Source of the DNA: an uncultured Clostridia bacterium
GTDB lineage: Bacteria; Bacillota; Clostridia; TANB77; CAG-508
DNA: 64,000 bases
Reading direction: 5' to 3'
Assembly (NCBI GenBank): GCA_947626555.1
Contig: CANQSP010000001.1
Span: 42 to 64,041 of the forward strand
Shown: positions 1 through 10,334 of the stretch, piece by piece
Numbering within the stretch: position 1 is the first letter of the stretch
Layout: each line of letters starts with the position of its first letter
Program-made: the position numbers and the translations under genes
The notes under the pieces: model-generated
Told to the model about the DNA's origin: nothing
Databases searched by the model: none
Seen by the model: the letters and a program-made list of their open reading frames with translations, nothing else

Positions 1-80
1 TAGAATTGCCAGACGTAATAGAAGCAATAAAATCATCTTTAGCCACAATGGTAGGTTGTATAACCTCAGTCTTTTTCATC
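1..80 (-). CDS. hypothetical protein, 5' end only (gene continues past window start)
   Basis: Minus-strand ATG (complement of 78-80) preceded by AAAGGAGAT RBS; N-terminus MKKTEVIQPTIVAKDDFIASITSGNS...; shares an upstream leader motif (TCTATTTCAATTGAAAGGAG) with the next gene. Confidence 0.4.
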
Positions 81-235
81 TTAAATCTCCTTTCAATTGA
101 AATAGATCATAACATATAATAAAATTTGCTAATATTATAGCATGATTGACATAAGTAGTCAATCTTATATAAAGAATTAGTTTAATATAAAATAGAGAAT
201 TCAAAATAAGAATTCTCTATCTAATAATGTTATTT

Positions 236-808
236 TTATTTAATAATGTCATTTTCAGAGGTATAAACTTTCCATAATCCATTTTCTTCTTGCACTTGAA
301 TAAATTCAGAATTATGATAGGCTATATTTGCAAATTCGCAAGGAATGATTAATTTACCATCATATGAATATAGGCCTTGTAAATGATTTTTATAAACGGT
401 AATTGTTTTAAAATCAAGTCTAATTTCATCAAATTGTATAGGAACAATAATTATGCCATCATAGGAATAAAAACCACATAGTGCATTATTATATACAATT
501 ATTCCTTCGAATACAGGTGTGATTCTTTTGAATTTATTAGGTACAATTAATTTGCCATCGTAAGAATAAAATCCATATAACTTATTTTTACAAGATATAA
601 TTCCGTTAAAATCTAGATAGATAGAATCAAATTCTATAGGCAGTATGAGAGTTCCATCATATAAGTAGAATCCACACAAATTTTCTTTATACACTATAAT
701 TCCTTCATCTTCTGGGAAAATCATGTCGAAATCTAAATTATTAATGTTAAAGATATTTGCAAGAACATCTAAAGATGGAAAATACTTTGAAAGTTGCCGA
801 TTATCCAT
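236..808 (-). CDS. WG-repeat-like protein (four to five ~35-aa repeats 'KNxLxGFYSYDGKLIVPxxFDxI')
   Basis: 190-aa ORF with strong AAAGGAG RBS; internal tandem repeats resembling WG/KWG-containing repeats; no TM. Confidence 0.55.
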   Translation of the reverse strand: MDNRQLSKYFPSLDVLANIFNINNLDFDMIFPEDEGIIVYKENLCGFYLYDGTLILPIEFDSIYLDFNGIISCKNKLYGFYSYDGKLIVPNKFKRITPVFEGIIVYNNALCGFYSYDGIIIVPIQFDEIRLDFKTITVYKNHLQGLYSYDGKLIIPCEFANIAYHNSEFIQVQEENGLWKVYTSENDIIK

Positions 809-1012
809 TATTTATATAACTCCTTTCAATTGAAATAGAAGTGTATTAAGTTACATATGCAAGCATTATAGCATAATATATAAAGCAAATCAACTTTTAA
901 TATCTATATTTTAAAGAGTAAATTTTTAAATATAGGAAAAAATATTATTGCTTACTTGTTTTTTATGTAAAAATATTATAAACTATTATAATATAAATGG
1001 GAGGATAAATTA

Positions 1013-1678
1013 ATGTATATAGTGATGTTAGGAAAGCCAGGCTCTGGAAAAGGTACGGTAGGAAACTTATTATCAAAAAAATTAAAAATACCTCATATAT
1101 CTAGTGGAGAACTATTTAGAAGTTATGTAAAAAAAGCTGGAAATATAGGAAAAGAAATAGATGAATATATATCAAAAGGAAATCTAGTTCCAGATAATTT
1201 GGCTATAAAATTAGTTGAAAAAAGATTATTAGAGCAAGATTGTGAAAAAGGTGTAATATTAGATGGCTTTCCAAGGACAAAGAGTCAAGCTATAGAATTG
1301 GATGATTTTTTGAAAAAGCGAAATAAAAAAGTAGATATAGCTATAGAATTAGATTTATCTGATAAAGATATAATAGATAGAATAGTAAAGAGAATGGTAT
1401 GTACCAATAAAGATTGTAGAGAAGTATATAATTCAGAATTTAAACCACCAAAGCAAGAAGGTATTTGTGATATATGTGGTAGCAAATTAGAAAAAAGAGA
1501 AGATGATGATGTAGAAACAGTAAGAAAAAGATTACAAAGTTATTATGAAACTTCAGCAGAATTAACGGATTATTATAAATCGCAACAATTGCTATATGCT
1601 GTAAAATTAAATTTACATTCAGGTAAAACATCAGAAGATGTAGCAAAAGAAGTGGAAGAATATTTGAAAGAAAAATAA
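1013..1678 (+). CDS. adk: adenylate kinase
   Basis: P-loop GKPGSGKGT, ISSGELFR, DGFPRT, CxxC...CxxC zinc LID; GGAGG RBS; position before map in ribosomal operon. Confidence 0.93.
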   Translation: MYIVMLGKPGSGKGTVGNLLSKKLKIPHISSGELFRSYVKKAGNIGKEIDEYISKGNLVPDNLAIKLVEKRLLEQDCEKGVILDGFPRTKSQAIELDDFLKKRNKKVDIAIELDLSDKDIIDRIVKRMVCTNKDCREVYNSEFKPPKQEGICDICGSKLEKREDDDVETVRKRLQSYYETSAELTDYYKSQQLLYAVKLNLHSGKTSEDVAKEVEEYLKEK

Positions 1679-1809
1679 AAGATTTTTTGCCATGGTTATA
1701 AAAATCTTGAATTTAGATATAGATAAAATTTTTAATAAGTCTATTTAAAGAAAATATTTATACAGATGCTTTATAAACCAAAATTACAGAGTAAAGGAAG
1801 GAAAAATTG

Positions 1810-2580
1810 ATGGTAACAATAAAATCAAAACAAGAAATAGAAAAAATGAGAGAAGCATGTAAGGTAGCATACTTAACACAAAAAGCTGTAGAAGAAGCTA
1901 TAAGACCAGGAGTATCAACATGGGAATTAGATAAAATAGCAGAAAATACAATGAGAGCAAATGGTGCTATTCCAGCGGAGAAGGGATATCCAAGTGGCGT
2001 GAAAGGAGTTCCTCCATTTCCGGGTTCAATTTGTGCATCTGTTAATGATGAAATAATACATGGAATTCCATCTAAAAATACCATTTTGAAAGAAGGAGAC
2101 ATAGTAAGTGTTGATTTAGTAGCATATAAAAATGGTTTTAATGGCGATTGTGCTAGAACTTACACAGTAGGAAAAGTAGATAGTGAAACAAAAAGATTAG
2201 TAGATATAACAAAACAAGCTTTTTTTGAGGGAATAAAATATGCTAAAAAAGGTAATAGAATAGGTGATGTATGCCATGCAATAGGTGAGTTTGTAAAGAA
2301 AAATGGATTTAGCATTGTAAAAGAATTTCAAGGTCATGGCATAGGAAGGCAAATGCACGAAGATCCAGGAATCCCCAATTATGGAAAAGAAGGTAGAGGA
2401 ATAAGACTAGAACCAGGGATGACGCTTGCAATAGAACCGATGGTTATATACGGTAGTGATGGTATTTTACAATTAGAAGATGGTTGGACTATAATAACAG
2501 AAGATGGTAGCAATGCGGCACATTATGAAAATACAATTTTAATTACAGAAAATGAACCAGAAATATTGACAATCTTATAA
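1810..2580 (+). CDS. map: methionine aminopeptidase type I
   Basis: M24 motifs (HGIGRQMHE, NTILITE); ORF track starts at TTG 1807, ATG at 1810 fits RBS GGAAGG. Confidence 0.93.
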   Translation: MVTIKSKQEIEKMREACKVAYLTQKAVEEAIRPGVSTWELDKIAENTMRANGAIPAEKGYPSGVKGVPPFPGSICASVNDEIIHGIPSKNTILKEGDIVSVDLVAYKNGFNGDCARTYTVGKVDSETKRLVDITKQAFFEGIKYAKKGNRIGDVCHAIGEFVKKNGFSIVKEFQGHGIGRQMHEDPGIPNYGKEGRGIRLEPGMTLAIEPMVIYGSDGILQLEDGWTIITEDGSNAAHYENTILITENEPEILTIL

Positions 2581-2751
2581 AAATATTATATACTATACTA
2601 GCTATTGTGTGTAAAACTATAAAAATTATGTACACATATTAATTTTTCTTAGATAAAATCAATAAAAATAGTAAAGTAGTTTTTAGAAAAATCAAATTTT
2701 CTTTTATAACTATTTATATGATTTTAGTAAATCGAAAGGAATGAAATTTAA

Positions 2752-2970
2752 ATGGCAAAAGAGGATGTTATAGAAGTAGAAGGAACTGTTGTTGAAACAT
2801 TACCTAATACTAATTTCAAAGTAGAACTTGAAAATGGACATCAAATATTAGCTCATATCTCTGGTAAGTTAAGAATGAATTATATAAAAATATTACCAGG
2901 GGATAAAGTTAGAGTAGAACTTTCACCATATGATTTAACTAGAGGAAGAATAACTTGGAGAGCTAAATAA
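2752..2970 (+). CDS. infA: translation initiation factor IF-1
   Basis: 72 aa [19 protein letters not shown]...RGRITWR, canonical S1-like IF-1. Confidence 0.95.
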   Translation: MAKEDVIEVEGTVVETLPNTNFKVELENGHQILAHISGKLRMNYIKILPGDKVRVELSPYDLTRGRITWRAK

Positions 2971-3074
2971 TTTGAAATAAAACTTATTTAAATGCGAACA
3001 TTCTAATAATAATTACTTAAAAAATAGCAAAAAAAGTATATTAGGTACTATCAATTACAGGAGGTGTAATAGTA

Positions 3075-3188
3075 ATGAAAGTAAGACCATCAGTAAAGAA
3101 AATGTGCGAAAAATGCAAAGTAATTAAAAGAAAAGGTGTCATCAGAGTTATATGCGAAAACCCTAAACATAAACAAAGACAAGGGTAA
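3075..3188 (+). CDS. rpmJ: 50S ribosomal protein L36
   Basis: Unlisted small [40 protein letters not shown] (37 aa) with GGAGGTG RBS; canonical position infA-rpmJ-rpsM. Confidence 0.9.
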   Translation: MKVRPSVKKMCEKCKVIKRKGVIRVICENPKHKQRQG

Positions 3189-3379
3189 TTAAAAATAATT
3201 TAGATATTAGCACAAGTCTTGAGCGGCTGTAAGTTTTTTAAAACTTATAAATCAGATTTGTGTTTATATACATGTCTATGAGAAATTAAAAGATTGGGGT
3301 AGCTCCCAATGCATTTCACCTTTTATATTTCAAAAGGAGACAAACAATTAATAAAATAAAATTTGGAGGTGCTAAAAAA

Positions 3380-3751
3380 ATGGCTCGTATAGCAGGAGTA
3401 GATTTACCTAGAGAAAAAAGAGTAGAAATAGGACTTACATATATATATGGAATAGGTCTACCAACTTCTCAAAAAATATTAAAAGATGCTGGAGTAAATC
3501 CAGATACTAGAGTTAAAGACTTAACTGGAGATCAAGAGCAAGCAATAAGAAAAGCTATGGAAGGAATTGTAGTTGAAGGTGACTTAAGAAGAGAAGTAGC
3601 TTTAAATATTAAAAGACTTACAGAAATTGGTTGCTACAGAGGAATAAGACATAGAAAAAGTCTTCCAGTAAGAGGACAAAGAACAAAAACTAATGCTCGT
3701 ACAAGAAAAGGACCTAGAAAATTAGTAAGCAAAAGCAAAAAAGCAAATTAA
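3380..3751 (+). CDS. rpsM: 30S ribosomal protein S13
   Basis: [26 protein letters not shown]... Confidence 0.95.
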   Translation: MARIAGVDLPREKRVEIGLTYIYGIGLPTSQKILKDAGVNPDTRVKDLTGDQEQAIRKAMEGIVVEGDLRREVALNIKRLTEIGCYRGIRHRKSLPVRGQRTKTNARTRKGPRKLVSKSKKAN

Positions 3752-3837
3752 TTTTGGTGCATAAAATTATTATAAAAAAATCTAACTAATTTTAAAAAAT
3801 ATAAAAATTAAGTACAAAAAAGAGGAGGTAAACCTAA

Positions 3838-4236
3838 ATGGCAAAAGCTGTAACAAAAAGAACAACAACTAGAAGAAGAGATAGAAAAAACATTGAAAGA
3901 GGAATGGCTCATATTCATTCAACATTCAATAATACAATAGTTACAATAACAGATGTTCAAGGAAATGCAATTTCTTGGGCAAGTGCTGGAGAACTTGGAT
4001 TTAAAGGTTCAAGAAAAAGCACACCATTTGCAGCAGGAGAAGCTGCAGAAACAGCTGCAAAGGCAGCAATGGAACATGGTTTAAAAACTGTAGATGTTTT
4101 TGTTAAGGGACCAGGTTCAGGAAGAGAAGCAGCAATTAGATCTTTACAATCAGCAGGTTTGGAAATTAGTAGCATAAAAGATGTTACTCCAATACCACAT
4201 AATGGTTGTAGACCACCAAAAAGAAGAAGAGTATAA
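3838..4236 (+). CDS. rpsK: 30S ribosomal protein S11
   Basis: Conserved S11 sequence, GAGGAGG RBS. Confidence 0.95.
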   Translation: MAKAVTKRTTTRRRDRKNIERGMAHIHSTFNNTIVTITDVQGNAISWASAGELGFKGSRKSTPFAAGEAAETAAKAAMEHGLKTVDVFVKGPGSGREAAIRSLQSAGLEISSIKDVTPIPHNGCRPPKRRRV

Positions 4237-4361
4237 AAAAGCTGAAAAATGGCAAAATATATAAAATGATAATTATAAAGAGCATAAAAATTAAAAAATG
4301 ATAATAAGCAGAAATAATATATAAAACTTTAGAAAGGAATAATTAAGGAGGGAAAAATAAA

Positions 4362-4988
4362 ATGGCAAGATATAAAGACGAACAATGCCGTATTTGCCGT
4401 AGAGAAGGTCAAAAGTTATTCTTAAAAGGTTCAAGATGTTATACAGATAAATGCAGTATTTCTAGAAGAAATTATGCACCTGGACAAAATGGACAAAAAA
4501 AGAAAAAACTTTCAGAATATGGTACTCAGTTAAGAGAAAAGCAAAAAACAAAAGCATTTTATGGAGTTGGTGAAAAACAATTCAGAAAATACTTTGATAT
4601 GGCTTCTAAATCAAGAGGAAAAACTGGTGAAGTTTTACTACAATTATTAGAAAGTAGATTAGACAATGTAGTATATAGATTAGGATACGGAAGTTCAAGA
4701 GCACAAGCTAGAATGCTTGTAACACATGGAGCTTTTGAAGTAAATGGAAGAAAGGTAGATATAGCATCATACTTAGTAAAAGCAGGAGATGTAATATCTG
4801 TAAGAGAAGTAAGAAAAGATAATGGAGCAATAAAATTAAACGTAGAAGAAAATGCAGGAAGACCTGTTCCAGAATGGTTAGAAAAAGATGCACAAAACTT
4901 AAGTGGTAAAGTTATAAGATTAGCATCAAGAGAAGATGTTGATATCCCAGTTGAGGAACACTTAATAGTAGAGCTTTACTCTAAATAA
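4362..4988 (+). CDS. rpsD: 30S ribosomal protein S4
   Basis: [31 protein letters not shown] zinc ribbon + S4 domain. Confidence 0.95.
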   Translation: MARYKDEQCRICRREGQKLFLKGSRCYTDKCSISRRNYAPGQNGQKKKKLSEYGTQLREKQKTKAFYGVGEKQFRKYFDMASKSRGKTGEVLLQLLESRLDNVVYRLGYGSSRAQARMLVTHGAFEVNGRKVDIASYLVKAGDVISVREVRKDNGAIKLNVEENAGRPVPEWLEKDAQNLSGKVIRLASREDVDIPVEEHLIVELYSK

Positions 4989-5125
4989 TGAGAAAACTTT
5001 AAACATTATATATGTACTTATAAAAAATATATATTATGTATTAAGAAGTAAAGTAATAGGGGTAAAATAGGGAAAATGGGCATAGAGCTAACCCAAACTT
5101 AGAACTTCTAAATTAGGAGGTAAAA

Positions 5126-6073
5126 ATGATAGAATTTGAAAGGCCAAATATAAAATGCTTAGAAATAGATAATGAGAACAATTATGCAAAATTTGTTTGT
5201 GAACCATTAGAGCGTGGTTATGGAGTTACAATAGGAAATTCTTTAAGAAGAATATTATTATCTTCATTACCAGGTGCAGCTATAACAAGCGTTAAAATTG
5301 AAGGCGTAGTTCATGAATTCTCTACAATACCAAATGTAGTAGAAGATGTACCTGAAATAATAGTTAATTTAAAAAGTGTAAGATTAAAACTTCATGAGAA
5401 TGAAGAAAAAATAATTAGAATAGACTATAAAGGCGAAGGAGAAGTAAAAGCTGGAGATATTATAACAGACTCTTCAGTGGAAATACTAAATCCAGATTTA
5501 CATATAGCAACACTTTCAGAGGGTGCACATCTTCAAATGGAAATGACAGTTGATATGGGCAGAGGATATAATTCTGCTGAAAAGAATAAAAAAGACAATC
5601 AACCTTTAGGAGTATTACCAATAGATTCAATCTACACACCAGTTAAAAAGGTTAACTATTCAGTAGAAAATACTAGAGTTGGGCAAATGGTAGATTATGA
5701 TAAATTAACAATAGAAGTTTGGACAGATGGAAGTTTAGCTCCATATGAAGCTTTAAGTTTAGCAGCAAAGGTTATGACAGGACATCTAGAGTTATTCATA
5801 GATTTATCAGAAACAGCAAAAAATACTCAAGTTATGGTAGAAAAAGAAGAGGACAAGAAAGAAAAAGTTCTAGAAATGACTATAGAAGATTTAGAGCTAT
5901 CTGTAAGATCATTTAATTGCTTGAAAAGAGCATCAATATCAACAGTAGAAGATATTACTAAAATGACACAATCAGAAATTATGAAAGTTAGAAATTTAGG
6001 AAAGAAATCTTTAGATGAAGTAACTGCTAAATTACATTCATTAGGTTTAGACTTTGCAAGTGAAGAAGACTAA
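5126..6073 (+). CDS. rpoA: DNA-directed RNA polymerase subunit alpha
   Basis: 315 aa, NTD/CTD conserved ([14 protein letters not shown]). Confidence 0.95.
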   Translation: MIEFERPNIKCLEIDNENNYAKFVCEPLERGYGVTIGNSLRRILLSSLPGAAITSVKIEGVVHEFSTIPNVVEDVPEIIVNLKSVRLKLHENEEKIIRIDYKGEGEVKAGDIITDSSVEILNPDLHIATLSEGAHLQMEMTVDMGRGYNSAEKNKKDNQPLGVLPIDSIYTPVKKVNYSVENTRVGQMVDYDKLTIEVWTDGSLAPYEALSLAAKVMTGHLELFIDLSETAKNTQVMVEKEEDKKEKVLEMTIEDLELSVRSFNCLKRASISTVEDITKMTQSEIMKVRNLGKKSLDEVTAKLHSLGLDFASEED

Positions 6074-6097
6074 GAACAAAAAGGAAGGTGAAAAAAA

Positions 6098-6622
6098 TTG
6101 GCTATAAATAGAAAACTAGGTAGAAAAACAGATATACGTTTAGCAATGTTAAAAACTCAATTAACTGATTTAATTTTACATGAAAAAATAGAAACAACAG
6201 AAGCTAGAGCTAAAGAAGTTAAAGCTATGGCAGACAGTATAATTTCACTAGCTATCAAAGAAAAAGATAATTTCGAAACAGTAGATGTTAAAGTTGTAAA
6301 AGCAAAATTAGATAGCAAGGGAAATAAAGAAACTGAAATAGCAAAAAGCAAAAACGGTAAAGAATATTTGAAAGTAGTAAAAGAGACTACTACTGAAAAA
6401 AGACAAAAAGATATGCCATCAAGATTAAATGCTAGAAGAAAAATGATGAGAATGATGGATAAAGTTAAAGATGCAGAAGGAAATAAGGTAGATTTAACAG
6501 CTAAATTATTTAATGAGTTAGCTCCAAAATATGAAGGAAGAGTTGGAGGATATACTCGTATAATTAAAAAAGGTCAACGTAGAGGTGACGCTGCAGAAGT
6601 AGTTATATTACAATTAGTTTAA
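6098..6622 (+). CDS. rplQ: 50S ribosomal protein L17, long form with ~50-aa internal K/E-rich insertion
   Basis: TTG start after AAGGAAGGTG RBS; N-term ...[38 protein letters not shown] and C-term [25 protein letters not shown] are L17; 174 aa versus ~113-128 typical. Confidence 0.88.
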   Translation: MAINRKLGRKTDIRLAMLKTQLTDLILHEKIETTEARAKEVKAMADSIISLAIKEKDNFETVDVKVVKAKLDSKGNKETEIAKSKNGKEYLKVVKETTTEKRQKDMPSRLNARRKMMRMMDKVKDAEGNKVDLTAKLFNELAPKYEGRVGGYTRIIKKGQRRGDAAEVVILQLV

Positions 6623-6691
6623 TATAATTTTACTATTTAAATGTTAAATTTAAATTATAATTAATATAAAAATATAAATTATGTATAATAA

Positions 6692-6722
6692 GAAGCCAAG
6701 TTTAAAACAAGGCTTTTTATTT
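6692..6722 (+). terminator. weak rho-independent terminator after rplQ
   Basis: AAGCC-loop-GGCTT followed by TTTTTATTTT. Confidence 0.35.
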
Positions 6723-6724
6723 TA

Positions 6725-6989
6725 AACTATTAGGGACGGGGTTAAATAGTTTAGTGGTAATAATTTTAACTATAAAAGCAAAACATTAATATATTATTTA
6801 TTTAGTAACATTTTGTGGGGACCAGCAAATTATAGCTTGTAAAAAAATTTATTTTGTAAAACTTGTTTTGCATAAATAAATTTTTAAACAAGCTATTATG
6901 TAGCTGGGAGTTACTAAATAAATAATATATTCACGTTTTGCAATAGAGTAATTAAACCACTAAACTATTTAACCCCGTCCCTAATAGTT
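6725..6989. mobile_element. MITE-like element copy A (family 1, single TIR pair), flanked by TA/TA
   Basis: Perfect terminal inverted repeats AACTATTAGGGACGGGGTTAAATAGTTTAGTG ... CACTAAACTATTTAACCCCGTCCCTAATAGTT; palindromic interior; no ORF. Confidence 0.8.
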
Positions 6990-7009
6990 TAATATTTTTA
7001 AAATAAGTA

Positions 7010-7038
7010 TTGACAAAACAAAAATTCGCATATATAAT
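7010..7038 (+). promoter_or_regulatory. sigma-A-type promoter for recN (TTGACA-17 nt-TATAAT)
   Basis: Perfect -35 (7010-7015) and -10 (7033-7038) hexamers with 17-nt spacer. Confidence 0.6.
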
Positions 7039-7088
7039 ACTAACATAGCAAACAAATATTTGCAGAAAATATTTTCGGAGGTATGTAT

Positions 7089-8717
7089 ATGATAACAACA
7101 ATAAATATTAAAAATATAGGTATTATAGATAGTTTAAGTATAGACTTAAATCAAGGTTTTAATGTTTTAACAGGTGAAACAGGAGCTGGAAAAACATTAA
7201 TAATAGATTCTCTTGGAATAATATCAGGTGGGAGATTTTCAAAAGAAATGATAAGAAAAGGTGAAAACCATTCATATATAGAGGCATGTATATATTTGCC
7301 AGAAAATGAATTATCTATAGATGGAAATATTATAGTATCAAGGGAAATATATGCAAATGGAAGAAATATGTGCAAAATAAATGGAAGATTAGTAACTGTA
7401 AATGAATTAAAAGAGTTTATGAAAAAAGTAATAGATATACATGGTCAAAATGATAATCAAACTTTGTTAGATAAAAATTCACATATTGCTTATTTAGATA
7501 GTTTCATTGGCGAAAAAGTAAAAAAGTTAAAGAATAATTATAGAGAATTATTCAATAGATATCAAGAAATACAAAATCTCTTAAAATTGAATTATGGAGA
7601 CGATAAAGAAAAACAAAGAAGATTAGATTTATTACGTTATCAATTCAATGAAATAGAAATTGCAAATTTAAAAGTAGGAGAAGATGAAAAGTTAGAAGAG
7701 CAAAGGAAGTTTATATTAAACTCAGAAAAGATAGCTGAAAATTTGGATATTTCTGACAATGCATTAAGTAATGGAGCAATAGATGGAATAAATGAAGCTA
7801 TTAAAGCATTAGAAAAAATAGAAACAATAGATGAAAAATATTCTCAAAAATTATCAGAATTAAAAAGTTCATATTATGAAATACAAGAAATTTCAAGAGA
7901 TATAAATAGTATGAAAGAAGACGTATATTTTGATGAAGAAGAAAGGAATGAAATAGAAACAAGGTTAGATTTAATATTTTCTTTAAAAAGAAAATATGGA
8001 AATAGTGTTGAAGAAATATTAGCATATAAAGATGAATTAGAAAAAGAAATAGAGCAAATAGAGAACATTGATGAGTATAATAATAAATTAAAAAAAGAGT
8101 TGAAAGAATTACAAAGTCAAATGGCGGAATTGGCAATGGAAATGGATAAAATTAGAAAAATATTTGCTAAAGATTTATCAGAAAAAATAAATAATGAACT
8201 TCAAGATTTAGAAATGAGAAATGCAAAATTTAATTGTAAAATAGACTTCAATGAAAACAATGAGTTTAATAAAAATGGGTTAAATAATGTTGAATTTTTA
8301 ATTGCTACAAATGTAGGAGATGAAGAAAAGCCACTAATAAAAATAGCTTCTGGAGGGGAAATGTCAAGGATAATGTTAGCAATTAAATCTGTATTATCAG
8401 ATGTAGATAAAGTACCTGTTTTAGTATTTGACGAAATAGATACAGGAATTAGTGGTAAAGCTGCTAAAGCAGTAGGAAGTAAAATAAAAAATATTGCTAA
8501 AAATCATCAAGTGCTATGTGTTACTCATTTAGCAAGTATTGCTGCAAAGGGAGATTATAATTATTTCATTAGCAAAAAGGTAGAAGGAAATACGACAAAA
8601 ACGCAAGTAAAACAATTAAATGAAAAAGAAATAATCGAAGAAATAGCAAGAATTGCCAGTGGAGATATTACAGAGGTTACAATAGAACATGCTATGGAAC
8701 TAAGAAAGTTAGCCTAA
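7089..8717 (+). CDS. recN: DNA repair protein RecN (SMC-like ATPase)
   Basis: N-term NVLTGETGAGKTLIIDSLG Walker A, coiled coil, C-term SGGEMSRIMLAIK signature / VLVFDEIDTGISG Walker B; ATG 7089 fits GGAGG spacing (ORF track start 7083). Confidence 0.85.
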   Translation: MITTINIKNIGIIDSLSIDLNQGFNVLTGETGAGKTLIIDSLGIISGGRFSKEMIRKGENHSYIEACIYLPENELSIDGNIIVSREIYANGRNMCKINGRLVTVNELKEFMKKVIDIHGQNDNQTLLDKNSHIAYLDSFIGEKVKKLKNNYRELFNRYQEIQNLLKLNYGDDKEKQRRLDLLRYQFNEIEIANLKVGEDEKLEEQRKFILNSEKIAENLDISDNALSNGAIDGINEAIKALEKIETIDEKYSQKLSELKSSYYEIQEISRDINSMKEDVYFDEEERNEIETRLDLIFSLKRKYGNSVEEILAYKDELEKEIEQIENIDEYNNKLKKELKELQSQMAELAMEMDKIRKIFAKDLSEKINNELQDLEMRNAKFNCKIDFNENNEFNKNGLNNVEFLIATNVGDEEKPLIKIASGGEMSRIMLAIKSVLSDVDKVPVLVFDEIDTGISGKAAKAVGSKIKNIAKNHQVLCVTHLASIAAKGDYNYFISKKVEGNTTKTQVKQLNEKEIIEEIARIASGDITEVTIEHAMELRKLA

Positions 8718-8981
8718 ACTATTAGGGACGGGGTTAAATAGTTTAGTGAATTGAATACTCTATTGCAAAACATTAATATATTATTTATTTAGTAACATTT
8801 TGTGGGAACTAGCAAATTATAGCTTGTAAAAAATTTATTTTGTAAAACTTGTTTTGCATAAATAAATTTTTTTTACAAGCTATTATGTAGTTGGGAGTTA
8901 CTAAATAAATAATATATTAATGTTTTGCTTTTATAGTTAAAATTATTTCCACTAAACTATTTAACCCCGTCCCTAATAGTT
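8718..8981. mobile_element. MITE-like element copy B (family 1), TA-flanked; its first bases complete the recN TAA stop
   Basis: Same TIRs as copy A; interior ~95% identical to A but with outer sub-segments swapped. Confidence 0.8.
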
Positions 8982-8997
8982 TAGTGATGTAAAAGAC

Positions 8998-9026
8998 TTG
9001 ATATATATGTAAAAAAATGGTATAAT
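8998..9026 (+). promoter_or_regulatory. promoter of the GC-rich island gene (TTGATA-17-TGgTATAAT, extended -10)
   Basis: -35 8998-9003, TG 9018-9019, -10 9021-9026; followed by GCACGC-N13-GCGTGC inverted repeat (9054-9079). Confidence 0.5.
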
Positions 9027-9094
9027 TATTATGTAATCTACAAAAAATAAAATAGCACGCCAATATAATTATAGCGTGCGGAAGGAGAAAACGG

Positions 9095-10270
9095 ATGGAC
9101 TGTAAAAGAAGTACTAAGGAGGATTTATTGTTCTTTTTTAAGTTTGTGCGGAAACGTGCAAAGAGGTTGCAGAGAAGATTGAAAAGGAAAATAAATCAAG
9201 GAATTCAGTGGCTTGATTATAACCTTTTCAATATAGTATTAAATATGGCAGCTATTTTTGCAGCAGCAATACTGGTCCCTTTAGTAGTCGCAGCAGGGCA
9301 GGAGGCTGAAGCCGAGAAAGTTGATAAGATTATGGAGAATTATACCCAGATGAGAGTGGGGGATTATATATATTTGAAAGAAAATTCCCCAGAAGAACAG
9401 CAACGACCAATAATAGTGATAAAATCTGGAACAGAAGAATTTCATCAAGAGGAACACATAATCCATACACAAGAGAGTGTAGAAGGAATTGAATTGATTT
9501 CTTCTGTTGGAGAAATTCCTCTTATGGCTAATCTAGAAAGCATTGAATCTCCCAGGGCTGAAACTCCAGCTGAGTCTCAAATTGAGGCTGAAACAGAAAC
9601 TCAAGCAGAGGCAAAGACCAGAACTGAAACACAACCTCAGACGGAACCTGAGACAGAGGCACCAACTAAGGCTGAAACGCAACCTCAGACAGAGGCACAG
9701 ACCGAAGCTGAAACAGAACCAAAAGAAACTCAGTCATCAGATGCCATATCTTCTAACCAAAGGGCGTGCAATGAATACGCGGATGCCTTACTGGAAGAGG
9801 GTGTAATTACTGAAGAAGAGGCAGAGATGATTAAAGCCAGAGGAAATGGACCAGAGAACCCGTGGATTTCCAATGTTTCTGAAAATGTAATTGGAAATTT
9901 GGCAGACGTAATGTATGCCGAAGCGGGAAATTTAATTTCTCTGGAAGGTTGGGCTAGAGGAAAAAGAGCTCTCCTACTTGTTGGAAGTGTGGTATGCAAT
10001 AGATACCATTATCCAACGTTAGGAAACTGTGATACTCTGGCTGAGATAATATCTCTTCCGGGAGCATACGCTTCTCGTACACAAAGGCGGATGGGAAAGC
10101 GATACTATATAAGCGATGGATATGCTTACATAGAAGATTGGGCCAGAGATTTATATACCTATGGTCCAATCGGCCCAAGGACACTCATATGGCAAGGACC
10201 AAGACAGGGAATTGTGTATGAGGTTATCCATGGGGAGTATTTCGGGGTGGATAAAAACCCACCATTCTAA
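9095..10270 (+). CDS. membrane-anchored protein with acidic T/E/Q-rich repeats and C-terminal SleB/CwlJ-type (Hydrolase_2) cell-wall hydrolase domain; compositionally foreign
   Basis: N-term basic stretch + TM (IVLNMAAIFAAAILVPLVVAAG), repeats ETQPQTEAQTEAETEP, C-term ...AEAGNLISLEGWARGKRALLLVGSVVCNRYHYPTLG...; codons GCC/CTG/CCC/GGG and visibly higher G+C than all neighbours. Confidence 0.7.
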   Translation: MDCKRSTKEDLLFFFKFVRKRAKRLQRRLKRKINQGIQWLDYNLFNIVLNMAAIFAAAILVPLVVAAGQEAEAEKVDKIMENYTQMRVGDYIYLKENSPEEQQRPIIVIKSGTEEFHQEEHIIHTQESVEGIELISSVGEIPLMANLESIESPRAETPAESQIEAETETQAEAKTRTETQPQTEPETEAPTKAETQPQTEAQTEAETEPKETQSSDAISSNQRACNEYADALLEEGVITEEEAEMIKARGNGPENPWISNVSENVIGNLADVMYAEAGNLISLEGWARGKRALLLVGSVVCNRYHYPTLGNCDTLAEIISLPGAYASRTQRRMGKRYYISDGYAYIEDWARDLYTYGPIGPRTLIWQGPRQGIVYEVIHGEYFGVDKNPPF

Positions 10271-10290
10271 TACTCTGAGGTACAAGGCTT

Positions 10291-10334
10291 AAAAGCAAGG
10301 AGAAAGCAATGCAATCTCCTTGCTTTCTCCGTTT
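10291..10334 (+). terminator. rho-independent terminator ending the GC-rich island
   Basis: AAGCAAGGAG-13 nt loop-CTCCTTGCTT then TCTCCGTTTT. Confidence 0.7.

Noticed and set aside
6990-7088. Expected LexA (Cheo) box upstream of recN
   Set aside because: No GAAC-N4-GTTC match was seen by eye, so no LexA box is called.
9543-9999. Alternate-frame ORFs (9543-9806 plus, 9730-9999 minus) with KLKQ/RQR repeats
   Set aside because: They lie within the GC-rich hydrolase gene and are the repeat translated out of frame.
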